DNA of 63,040 nt, counting the filler, from Octopus bimaculoides (taxonomy: Eukaryota): NCBI RefSeq assembly GCF_001194135.2. It is 7 parts of 6 records of this genome, joined end to end, with 100 filler letters (N's around TTAATTAATTAA, not from the genome) between each part and the next. Parts side by side here need not be neighbours in the genome. Positions count along the whole stretch, not along the records: positions 42,982 to 58,010 come from NC_069002.1; positions 58,111 to 59,615 come from NC_068984.1; positions 59,716 to 63,040 come from NC_068982.1; 4 more parts are not named here. The stretch is one strand, 5' to 3'. Positions 52,993-63,040 of this stretch are shown here, piece by piece. Each line of letters opens with the position of its first letter. Positions within the stretch are counted from its first letter, which is position 1. The notes under the pieces were generated by a model. That model worked only from the letters and a program-made list of their open reading frames with translations. It had not been told where the DNA came from and did not search any database. Made by a program: the position numbers and the translations under genes.

Positions 52993-53132
52993 TATATACG
53001 ACGGGCTTCTTTCAGTTTCCGTCTACCAAATCCACTCACAAGGCTATGGTCGGCCCGAGGCTGTAGTAGAAGACACTTGCCCAAGGTGCCACGCGGTGGG
53101 ACTGAACCCGGAACCATGTGGTTGGTAAGCAA
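52870..53132 (-). mobile_element. SINE family B
   Basis: ACGGGGACGTAAACACACC...GGGACTGAACCCGGAACCATGTGGTTGGTAAGC. Confidence 0.85.
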
Positions 53133-54191
53133 GGAAATGGAGATTAGAAAGTTAATAATTGTTCATTATTAACAGCAAATTGGTCATCTTCACTACAGCC
53201 GTTTCAATTAATACTCAATAAACATTAAATTTACATTTATGTGATACGAGCACAATATCATCAGAGGAAAAGAGGTGTACATTTTGATGCTATATGTCTG
53301 CTAATGAATTCATCGTAAAGGAATAGGGATTTTGAACCCGAGCAGTACCTTATTAGCACTCTGATATAATCCAGATCTAGCTAAACACATCTAATGATAT
53401 GGAACATACAAAATTGTTTAAGATGAACAAGTAAACGTTTTTTCTTCACTTGATAGATAAATCCTGAGTTCGCGTCATTGGATTTCATATAACATACAGA
53501 GTATAAAACCAAAACATCATAGAGTGTATGATGACAACATCATATATAGACACAGACGGATATTTATGCTTATATATACACATATACATAGAAATGTACA
53601 TACACATACATATAAATATTCATATGTACATGCATACATACATTACTATAAATATACAAACATATATATATGTCTGTGTGTCTCTGTGTGCTTATACATA
53701 CCTGTATAAGCACACGCGAACACGCATATACTCTTGTGTATCGAGCTGTCTTTTTTTTCTTTGTTGCAAAACACTCTCACGCACACACATATCGATTAGA
53801 CGAACCAAAACAACCTACAAGAGCATAGGACTCAATATTTAACATGCAGTGTAATATATTTATCAATTTAGATTTCGATCTCACACTTGGCCTCACGGTT
53901 TCCTCATGTCATCTCAACATCTTTACAACCAAAATATTCAAATCAACAGGTTCCATCTCATTTACAGATGTCATATTTTAAAAAACACCGCCGGAAGCAG
54001 AATTTTTTGTTTTCGTTTTTAAAAGGAAAAATCAATAAAATGCCCCTAGAGTAGCGATAATCTTTTCCGTGAGAATAAATGGCTGTATTTGATTTGCATT
54101 TTAATTTAATCTTCGTTTACAATAGAAAGAAGGAAAAACGGGAAGATATTTGATGGAGATGTTAAGTATTTTCACATATGGTGTTTGGATT

Positions 54192-54508
54192 TAACGTTGC
54201 ACTCCGTCCGTTACGACGACGAAGGTTCAAGTTGATCTGATCAACGGAACAGCCTGCTCGTGAAATTAACGTGCAAGTGGCTGAGCACTCCACAGACACG
54301 CGTACCCTTAACGTAGTTCTCAGGGAGATTCATCGTGATACAGAGTGTGACAAGCCCGACCCTTTGAAATACAGGTACTGCTCATTTTTGCCAGCTGAGT
54401 GGACTGGAGCAACGTGAAATAAAGTGTCTTGCTCAAGGATACAACGCGTCTCCGGGAATTGAACGATCGTGAGTCGAATGCCCTAACCACTAAACCACGC
54501 GCCGTCTC
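54192..54508 (-). mobile_element. tRNA-derived SINE with CCTTGAGCAAG central domain and 12-bp TSD
   Basis: Minus strand GGCGCGTGGTTTAGTGGTTAGGGCATTCGACTCACGATCGTTCAATTCCCGG...TCCTTGAGCAAGACACTT. TSD GGTGTTTGGATT at 54180-54191 and 54509-54520. Decayed relative at ~51735-52050 (+). Confidence 0.82.
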
Positions 54509-54529
54509 GGTGTTTGGATTAGTAATAAC

Positions 54530-54692
54530 CAGCAGATCGTTACCGCGGCAGACCACAATGCTTTGCGGCATTTTGTCTGTCTTTATGTTCTGAGTTCAAA
54601 TCCCGCTGAGGTCGACTTTGCTTTTTATCCTTTCGAAATCCTTAAAATAACTAACAGTTTGAACACTGGGGTCGATTTAATCGACTTATTCC
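54530..54692 (+). mobile_element. SINE family A, truncated by gap
   Basis: GTTCTGAGTTCAAATCCCGCTGAGGTCGACTTTGC...GGGGTCGATTTAATCGACTT. Confidence 0.7.
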
Positions 54693-55714
54693 NNNNNNNN
54701 NNNNNNNNNNNNNNNNNNNNNNNNNNNNNNNNNNNNNNNNNNNNNNNNNNNNNNNNNNNNNNNNNNNNNNNNNNNNNNNNNNNNNNNNNNNNNNNNNNNN
54801 NNNNNNNNNNNNNNNNNNNNNNNNNNNNNNNNNNNNNNNNNNNNNNNNNNNNNNNNNNNNNNNNNNNNNNNNNNNNNNNNNNNNNNNNNNNNNNNNNNNN
54901 NNNNNNNNNNNNNNNNNNNNNNNNNNNNNNNNNNNNNNNNNNNNNNNNNNNNNNNNNNNNNNNNNNNNNNNNNNNNNNNNNNNNNNNNNNNNNNNNNNNN
55001 NNNNNNNNNNNNNNNNNNNNNNNNNNNNNNNNNNNNNNNNNNNNNNNNNNNNNNNNNNNNNNNNNNNNNNNNNNNNNNNNNNNNNNNNNNNNNNNNNNNN
55101 NNNNNNNNNNNNNNNNNNNNNNNNNNNNNNNNNNNNNNNNNNNNNNNNNNNNNNNNNNNNNNNNNNNNNNNNNNNNNNNNNNNNNNNNNNNNNNNNNNNN
55201 NNNNNNNNNNNNNNNNNNNNNNNNNNNNNNNNNNNNNNNNNNNNNNNNNNNNNNNNNNNNNNNNNNNNNNNNNNNNNNNNNNNNNNNNNNNNNNNNNNNN
55301 NNNNNNNNNNNNNNNNNNNNNNNNNNNNNNNNNNNNNNNNNNNNNNNNNNNNNNNNNNNNNNNNNNNNNNNNNNNNNNNNNNNNNNNNNNNNNNNNNNNN
55401 NNNNNNNNNNNNNNNNNNNNNNNNNNNNNNNNNNNNNNNNNNNNNNNNNNNNNNNNNNNNNNNNNNNNNNNNNNNNNNNNNNNNNNNNNNNNNNNNNNNN
55501 NNNNNNNNNNNNNNNNNNNNNNNNNNNNNNNNNNNNNNNNNNNNNNNNNNNNNNNNNNNNNNNNNNNNNNNNNNNNNNNNNNNNNNNNNNNNNNNNNNNN
55601 NNNNNNNNNNNNNNNNNNNNNNNNNNNNNNNNNNNNNNNNNNNNNNNNNNNNNNNNNNNNNNNNNNNNNNNATATATATATATATATATACATACACTCA
55701 TACACACACACACA

Positions 55715-55748
<34 letters not shown>

Positions 55749-56034
55749 ATTGAAGAGGAATGTAAGAATACATTACGAAGAATATATCATAAACGATTCA
55801 TAATTATTTACGAATATATCAATGGCCAAACATATAATCAAAAAATTAAAGAAGTGTGTATAATTATGAATAAATCACAATTATAACGGAGAGGGTTTCA
55901 AAAACGGTTACATGTCTAGAAATAGCAGTCAAACCCGCTATAAAGCTACTATAGCCACTCATATTTTATCTCTTCACAATAAAGCTGTCGGTGGGCGACA
56001 TGACATAAAATTGAAAACTTAAATAGAAGGTTAA

Positions 56035-56084
56035 TTCTCTATTGCAATTTCGAAGTTAAGAACCGTTTCCATACTTCTCTTAAT
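56035..56084 (-). ncRNA. Partial hammerhead motif in the left arm
   Basis: Minus strand AAGA-GAAG...CTTC-GAA-ATTGCAAT-A-GAGAA has an intact palindromic helix III and AUA triplet, but the 5' core reads ATTAAGA instead of CTGAAGA where arm homology ends. Confidence 0.65.
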
Positions 56085-56269
56085 TTTTCACTAATAACCG
56101 ATTTAACGCCGTGGCTCGATTTGCTCGACTTTTCTTATAAACGCTGTGCATGACGTTGAAACTCAGAATTTGAATGTGTAGGTAGATGTTGACGCATTAT
56201 TCTTGCCGGTCGGGACGCATGTAAGCCCCAAGGTATGTTTTTTTGTATTAATTTGTATCTACAGGAATG

Positions 56270-56330
56270 TTCTCCTGAAGAGAAGAGTGGAACCGCTTTT
56301 GGTTCCTAACTTCGAAATTGCAAAAGAGAA
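56270..56330 (+). ncRNA. Type I hammerhead ribozyme motif (U16.1>A in this copy)
   Basis: TTCTC-CTGAAGA-GAAG..GGAACC gctttt GGTTCC..CTTC-GAA-ATTGCAA[A]-A-GAGAA. Perfect 5-bp helix I (TTCTC/GAGAA), CUGANGA core, helix II GAAG/CTTC, GAAA, palindromic helix III. The inverted arm supplies the canonical U (ATTGCAAT-A). Confidence 0.78.
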
Positions 56331-57065
56331 TTAACCTTTTATTTAAGTTTTGAATTTTATGTCATGTCGCCCGCCAACAGTTTTATCGTGAAGAGATAAA
56401 ATATGAGTGGTTATAATGGCTTTATAGTGGTTTTGACTGCTATTTCTAGACGTGTAACGGTTTTTGCAACCCTCTCCGTTATAACTGCGATTTATTCATA
56501 ATTATGCACACTTCCTTTATATATATATATATNNNNNNNNNNNNNNNNNNNNNNNNNNNNNNNNNNNNNNNNNNNNNNNNNNNNNNNNNNNNNNNNNNNN
56601 NNNNNNNNNNNNNNNNNNNNNNNNNNNNNNNNNNNNNNNNNNNNNNNNNNNNNNNNNNNNNNNNNNNNNNNNNNNNNNNNNNNNNNNNNNNNNNNNNNNN
56701 NNNNNNNNNNNNNNNNNNNNNNNNNNNNNNNNNNNNNNNNNNNNNNNNNNNNNNNNNNNNNNNNNNNNNNNNNNNNNNNNNNNNNNNNNNNNNNNNNNNN
56801 NNNNNNNNNNNNNNNNNNNNNNNNNNNNNNNNNNNNNNNNNNNNNNNNNNNNNNNNNNNNNNNNNNNNNNNNNNNNNNNNNNNNNNNNNNNNNNNNNNNN
56901 NNNNNNNNNNNNNNNNNNNNNNNNNNNNNNNNNNNNNNNNNNNNNNNNNNNNNNNNNNNNNNNNNNNNNNNNNNNNNNNNNNNNNNNNNNNNNNNNNNNN
57001 NNNNNNNNTTTCGTTTCCGTTTTTTCTCTGCTTTCCTGATTATTATTATTACTATTATTATTTTG

Positions 57066-57495
57066 AAAGTTGGAGAGCTGGTAGAATCGTTAACACGCCG
57101 GGCAAAGTGCCTAGTAATATTTCGTCCATCATCACGTTCTAAGTTCAAATTCCGCCGAAGTCGACTTTGCCTTTCGTCTTTTCGGGGTCAATAAAATAAG
57201 TACCAATTGGGGTCTATGTACACGAACTTGCTAGCGTTGCGCCAAAATTTGAAATCATTGTTGAAATTATTATTATTAAAGCGGCGAGCTGGCACAATCG
57301 TTAGCACGCCAGGCGAAATGCTTAGCGGTATTTCGTTCTGAGTTCAAATTCCACCGCTCGACTTTGCCTTTCATCTTTCGGGGTCGATAAATTAAGTACC
57401 AGTTGAGTACTGGGGCTGATGTGACCAACTGCCCCCCCCTCCCCACAGAATCCAGGTCCTGTGCCTATATTTGAAAGGATTATTATTATTATTAT
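57066..57495 (+). mobile_element. Two tandem SINE family A copies with (TAT)n tails
   Basis: Heads at ~57066 (GGAGAGCTGGTAGAATCGTTA) and ~57280 (GCGGCGAGCTGGCACAATCGTTAGC), each ending ...TTTGAAA followed by (ATT)n. Confidence 0.8.
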
Positions 57496-57695
57496 CATTG
57501 CCTTTGTACAGCTTTTAATGCTGGAGTTGTACTACAGTGCCAGTTGTTCACTACCAGTGAACTAAGCTAACACCCTTATTTTTTGAGCACCATCCAGAGT
57601 ATTCGAGCGGTTCCAAGCAGTGCTGTTTTCTGCAAGTGCTCCACCCTTATTGCAGCCCCTATTTATTCCATGTACTTATTTCAGCCCCTATTTGA
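57480..57695 (-). mobile_element. R4/Dong-clade LINE 3' end, copy 2 (different subfamily)
   Basis: Minus strand reads KYME*IGAAIRVEHLQKTALLGTARILWMVLKK*, followed by a distinct 3' UTR and a (TAA)n tract. Confidence 0.72.
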
Positions 57696-57699
57696 ACCA

Positions 57700-58010
57700 T
57701 ATATTATTATTATTATTATTATTCAGTAGTTTTATTTTTATAACGTGCTTTCACTTCACTACCGAGCGCAGCTCTGTGCGCCTTGGGTATGTGCTGTGGT
57801 TTGCTGTGGTGCTCTTATGTTTACTGTATTGAAAGTGTTTTGCGTAGAATGTGTGCAGTACCCAGTAGTGCAATTTTCTGTATGTTATATATATTTGTAA
57901 GTCCTGGTGTTTTTGTTATGTATCTGTCTGAATATTTTTTTATTATACCTAAGGCACCTACTATGATAGGAATTGTTTCTGTTTTTAGATTCCACATTCG
58001 AGTTATCTCT
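57700..58010 (-). mobile_element. R4/Dong-clade (RLE) non-LTR retrotransposon 3' end, copy 1
   Basis: Minus strand 58009-57821 is stop-free up to the gap: EITRMWNLKTETIPIIVGALGIIKKYSDRYITKTPGLTNIYNIQKIALLGTAHILRKTLSIQ*. This is the conserved C-terminus of RLE LINEs (P...GALG...QK.ALLGTA.ILR). A 3' UTR and (TAA)n tract follow. Confidence 0.8.
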
Positions 58011-58110
58011 NNNNNNNNNNNNNNNNNNNNNNNNNNNNNNNNNNNNNNNNNNNNTTAATTAATTAANNNNNNNNNNNNNNNNNNNNNNNNNNNNNNNNNN
58101 NNNNNNNNNN

Positions 58111-58450
58111 CACAATTCAACTTCTCTGGTTGACATTAACACACCCACCCCCAATAGGGGCCTTCATTCCCACATTTTAGAGCTCCATGAGCTCCATTTT
58201 TCAGGAGCAAAATCCTTTTTACAGGTTCTAGAAGACTGAAATTTTGGAATATGTGCATAAAGATTAATAGTATGGGATACATGTCTCATGATTAGAATTT
58301 TTTTAGGGTGTGTAAAGAGGGAAAGAACCCTCATGTGCAATTTTGATGAAATTCGAATCATATCTATTCCAGTTCCTTACAGGAAATATAAGAGAAAAGT
58401 CTCATCCTTCAATTGCATGTAACACGGGCAACGCCGGGTATCTCTGCTAG
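58111..58450 (+). mobile_element. Non-autonomous Helitron-like 3' end
   Basis: Ends with GC-rich CGGGCAACGCCGGG (58425-58438), then CTAG (58447-58450) followed by T, the typical Helitron 3' terminus. The 5' end is lost at the spacer. Confidence 0.55.
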
Positions 58451-58687
58451 TCTCCTATATTTGTTAGTATGGCTCTTTCTATTGCCAACAATTATCTGCT
58501 TTTCCAGGAAGACTTCTTGTTTTTCAAAGGTCTTCAAATGAATTGAGTAATAAGTTGTAATTTAAATGAATATTACCACCATTTCGTTCAATTGGTAATT
58601 AGCGACAGAATATCAACATTAATGCACATTTGCATACACCTATAAATGCCTACGTACATAATACATACACACATAGATGTGCGTGCA

Positions 58688-58759
<72 letters not shown>

Positions 58760-59022
58760 CGCACACTTTGATCAGTTTCTCTCTACCAGTTTCAATGACA
58801 AGCATTGATTGACGCAGGGATATAGTAGAAAACATTTATTCAAAGTGTCATGTAGTTGGGCTGAACCTGAAACCATGTAGTTGTGAAGTGAACTTCTTAA
58901 TCACGTAACCATACAAATGTCTATAGCCACGCTTGCATCAATTTTCTTACTTTGCAAAACTTATCTATTACCTGTGAATAAACAAAAATGATAGTTCCTC
59001 ATAATCTTCTTTTACTATATAG

Positions 59023-59199
59023 GTATTAGTCCTCATGAACCTGATGTCTTTGACCACACTTATACATCTGTCGGCAATTATACAATAAAGGTGTCAGTGA
59101 GAAGTATTGTCGAAGTCATCAGCACTACTTATTTCATGGTTTGCCAAGAAGCTGTTGCTAGAGGCAAAGTCGACGACATTCATCCGCGAGATTTTTCAG
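59023..59199 (+). CDS. Internal exon encoding a PKD (polycystin-1 type Ig-like) domain segment
   Basis: Acceptor TCTTCTTTTACTATATAG|, donor TCAG|GTAATT, 177 nt, phase 1-1. Reads (G)ISPHEPDVFDHTYTSVGNYTIKVSVRSIVEVISTTYFMVCQEAVARGKVDDIHPRDFS(G). HTYTSVGNYTIKVSV matches the PKD motif HTY..PG.Y.V.L.V, and V.QE.V resembles PKD inter-repeat linkers. Confidence 0.7.
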
Positions 59200-59934
59200 G
59201 TAATTCCTATATATTATATACACACGATAGAATGTTTGCATGTATGTATATATCTATACACATATTTATATTTACATAAACACACACACACATACATATA
59301 TATATACGTGTGTGTGTGTGTATATATATGCATGCATATATGTGTGCATATATATATATATATATATGTGTATATATATATATATATATATAGTTTTAGG
59401 GAAAATAACCAATTTTCAAGAACTCATCGATGAAAATCCACTATCACATATAGAAAAATTAATAATTAAAAGCACAATAAATGAGTATAATATAAAGTAA
59501 AGTAAATATCATAAGATAAATATAATAAAAAGATTACACGTGTTTCATAACCAATTTTCAAATAGAAAAGAAATTTAAATCGATTAAAATCAATTGAAAT
59601 TATCTAAAATAAGTTNNNNNNNNNNNNNNNNNNNNNNNNNNNNNNNNNNNNNNNNNNNNTTAATTAATTAANNNNNNNNNNNNNNNNNNNNNNNNNNNNN
59701 NNNNNNNNNNNNNNNTGATTGGGGTCTTCTTTTTTCATGACTATATAAATTGATCAATGTTTTCGAGGGGTTATCGGTCGGTGGGCGCCCCTCCCATTTT
59801 TTATTTCAACCTGTTTTTTGTTATCACCCTCATTTCATTAATGTCCGTGTCCAGCCCGCAGCTTCTTTACGTTTGTCTGTCCTTGTTTGTCCCCTCTTTG
59901 TAAGGCCTTGGTGGCCAATTTAATGAAATAAAGA

Positions 59935-60300
59935 AGCTTGATTTCCAACGTGTTCTTGGGTTCAGTCCCACTGCGTAACATCTTGGGCAAGTGTCTTCTA
60001 CTCTAGCCCCTGGCCGACTAAAGCCTTCTGAGTAAATTTGGCAGACAGAAACTGAAAGAATCCCGTCGAGCGTGTGTGTGTGTGTGTTTGCGTTATGTTT
60101 GTATCTCACTACTGCTTGGCAACTGGTGTTGACTTGTTTACACCCCTGTAACTTAACGGTTCGGCAAAAGAAAAACCGATAGAATAAGTACCAGGTTTTA
60201 AAAATAAGTAGTAGAGTCCATTTGTTCGAGTAAACCCTTCAAGGCAGTGCCTCAGTATGATGACAGTCCAATGACTAAAACAAGTAAAAGATAAAAGATT
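59935..60300 (+). mobile_element. SINE family B
   Basis: GGGTTCAGTCCCACTGCG...CCGATAGAATAAGTACCAGG...CAAGTAAAAGATAAAAG. Confidence 0.8.
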
Positions 60301-61153
60301 AATGTTTGAATATTTTTAACGGTCTCATTTCCTCAGAGAAACGTAAGGGTTTGTAATTTATGTCCTTGAGATTAAACAAACTTACCTCACTTATCTAACA
60401 GTAATTATCTTCTAATATAATCGAGAAGAAAAACAGAATCGTAAACATGACGTTATTGTGTATGTATATTGGCATAATTACACTCGAAAGTTTGTGTTAA
60501 CCTATACTCTATCTTGTGAGTTGCTAAAATTTGACTTGCTTGACATTTTAAAAGAGGTCAAGTTGCAACCAAATTAGGGATATGGTATTTGATGGAAAAT
60601 TACGAATGTTCACTCTTGATTTGGGAGTGAGCAGCATTCCACGGTGTAATGTACCTTAAATGACACTTCCACCTACTTTATTCAAATTATCCTGACGTAG
60701 ATATATGTATCAGAATACACGACACAGTGTGGAGTAGTCTAGTCACGAATCTATTCTGCGCCTTAACTGGTTACTCCACAACCTTTATTAATTATCAATA
60801 CTGTAGGCGATACGGTATACCCTTTCTCGCTTGTAAAAACAAACATAAACAAGTTTGAGTTTAAATTACTAAAACTGGAGAAAAGATCGTTCATTTTTTA
60901 GAGTAATTCGAAAGCTTCAGTTATTAATATCATTCATTACAAAGGCGACGACGACTAAACTGGTGAAGCGCCTACTAACATGTCTTTTATTGGTTTATGT
61001 TCTGAGCTTGAATCTATCCTGTTTTTTTTACTCCTGTTTATCCTAAAATCATCCCTGATCGAGCAAACCTATAGTCAAACGCATTCCAGCTGAGTCCGTT
61101 CTGCTTTATTTTCAGACAAAGTGTATCTAGGATGTCAATATATTACATATTCT

Positions 61154-61367
61154 AAGGCAGCGAGCTAGCGGAATCGTTAGCACGCTGGGCAAAGTGCTTA
61201 GCGGAATTCCGTCCGTCTTTACGTTCTAAGTTCAAATTCCAGCGAGGTCAACTTTGCCTTTCATCCTTTTGGGGGTCGATAAAATAAGTACCAATTGAGT
61301 ACTGGGGTCGATGCAATCAACTTGCCACGCTCCCCAAAATTGCTGGCCTTGTGCCAAAATTTGAAAT
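61154..61367 (+). mobile_element. SINE family A with 18-bp TSD
   Basis: TSD CAATATATTACATATTCT at 61136-61153 and 61368-61385. Tail ...GGCCTTGTGCCAAAATTTGAAAT. Confidence 0.88.
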
Positions 61368-62814
61368 CAATATATTACATATTCTGACATTTCTACTTCA
61401 GAATATAGTAGGTGGAAGTATTTAAGATGTATTATACGTGGAATGCTGTTCACTCTCTGTCCGAAGAGGGTGGGAATGTAATTTCAGTGAAAGTGGTTGT
61501 TATTTCTCGCTGGTAGAGCAACCACGTAGAAGCTCTGTCGTTGGCTCAATTCCTTTGTATACATTTGAGATCGAATCTAGTCATGCTCATATTAACCCCT
61601 TTTCGTGTACATTTTGCTCATCAACAAAGCAGTTTTCTTACAAGGACGGAGGAGGCTATGCTTTGCTGAGGAAGTCTAGGAATAGCGAATTATCTCAAGA
61701 GTTAATACCCTTAGTTACCAAGATTAGCTTAAAATGATATTAATCACTGAGCTAATGTTTTCATCGCACCTGCCGCATCATTTCGTTTTGAGCTACTTCT
61801 TTCAATTTTATTGGAAATTTCTACTCCGATTTTTCATGCCAATTACAAAAATAAAAACCGTTTATTATTTTTTTCTATTAATAATTTTAAAAAGCTACAA
61901 ATCTTTGAAGATTAAAGTGTTTTGGAATTTTAGCCAATCAGTTCCAACAGATGGTGTAATTTGCACAGGTTCTTGTTGCAACCAACTGATAGTTAAAGTT
62001 TAGATTGAAGGGGCATCCCAAAATTTCATAGCAAACTTTAGATGTTCATTTCCTTGCATTAAGTTTTTTTTATCTTCAAATGACGTTTAGCAACGTTTAA
62101 ATTATTAATTTCTTTAAAAAAAATAAACTATGTTTGTTTCGATTTTCTATACGTCACGTACTGAAAACAAAAAAGAAAAAAATGGCACTTTCTATAACAT
62201 CGAAAAATTAATATTACCATTCACTTATCCATAAGCGGTTGTGATTTTCAGAAATTTTCTATAAAACTGGAAGAGTTAAGTTAGTTATACGAGCGTGTTA
62301 GCATTCATGTAACTAGCACAAAATAGTTAAATCTTAGAAGCAAAAATGTGATATAGTAACATTCATACCTTTCCTAGGAGCATAGAAAGCAAATCCACAA
62401 CAAACGAGAATCGAAATCTTATTTTGTTCAGACTCGTCAACAGTTGATATGACGAATGTTTATGACAATGTCTGTGACTAAGTTCAAAAGAGTCTGTTAT
62501 TTTAACAGTTAATAAACATGAGTATGACGTTCACGCCCTTCTTATAAAAGTAGCTTCAAACGAGAAACTTGCTTTTATAGCTCGCCAACTAAGAATAAGA
62601 GGACAAAAGACACTGAGATTTATAAGGTGAAGAGCATACAGGATGAGATTGAATGATGTTGACAAGTATAATTCAAAGAAACTGGTTTCAACCAATTCAA
62701 AATTGTATAGTATTTCGTATATATATTCGTATATATAATGAGTTCGTTTACAAATAACTTTTCTTAGTCAAGACTACAAAATTCACAAAGCAGTATTCTT
62801 CTTTTATCGTCTTC

Positions 62815-63009
62815 TATTTGTTTCAGTCATAAGCCAGTGGCCATGTTGGAGTACCGTCCCGAAGAATTTTTTGTGGAACGAATCGGACCCCAGTGGGGGT
62901 TTTTTTTTTAGCCTGGTACTTACTCTATCGGTCTCTTTTGTTGGACCGCTAAGTTACGGGGACATAAACCATCACCGATTGTCAAGTGGCGGTGGGAACA
63001 AACACAAAG

Positions 63010-63040
<31 letters not shown>
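62815..63040 (-). mobile_element. SINE family B, 3' half (runs off window)
   Basis: TTGTTTCAGTCAT...CCGCTAAGTTACGGGGAC...GACACACACAC. Confidence 0.75.

Larger units (their letters stand above)
55847..56519. mobile_element. Fold-back element: ~235-bp inverted arms carrying hammerhead motifs (Penelope-like pseudo-LTR pair)
   Basis: 55847-56080 is the reverse complement of 56281-56519, roughly 85-90% identical by eye (e.g. CTAGAAATAGCAGTCAAA / TTTGACTGCTATTTCTAG; TCATATTTTATCTCTTCAC / GTGAAGAGATAAAATATGA). Spacer about 200 bp. Confidence 0.85.

Noticed and set aside
61660-61705. CTGAGGA-A-GTCTA ggaa TAGC-GAAT, hammerhead-like
   Set aside because: GAAA is incomplete, and there is no palindromic helix III or clean helix I. 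Too degenerate to call.
61402-61737. ORF 61438-61737 and a PKD-like stretch (YTWNAVHSLSEEGGNVISVKVVV) in another frame
   Set aside because: The PKD-like frame hits a stop and has no matching splice donor, and the ORF has no recognisable domain.

Overview
Repeat-saturated animal genomic DNA, probably octopus or another coleoid cephalopod (inferred from the SINE families and extreme microsatellite load). It has many N gaps and six artificial 100-bp spacers (N44-TTAATTAATTAA-N44), so it is best read as seven joined pieces whose adjacency is unproven. Nearly all ORFs in the supplied track are microsatellite artefacts. Real coding signal: four + strand exons of a monocarboxylate transporter (SLC16/MCT) N-terminal half, with a 1-nt frameshift in the third exon; one phase 1-1 exon encoding a PKD-type domain; a decayed hAT transposase C-terminus; and two R4/Dong-type LINE 3' ends in (TAA)n tracts. 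At least five SINE/retroposon families, piggyBac-like MITEs and a Helitron-like 3' end are present. The most interesting signal is a set of type I hammerhead-ribozyme motifs with palindromic helix III between about 40 and 57 kb. Three of these loci sit at the inner ends of divergent inverted repeats, an architecture matching Penelope-like element pseudo-LTRs or retrozyme-like non-autonomous derivatives. Every copy carries at least one deviation from the canonical fold. All analysis was by eye; no searches or folding programs were run.
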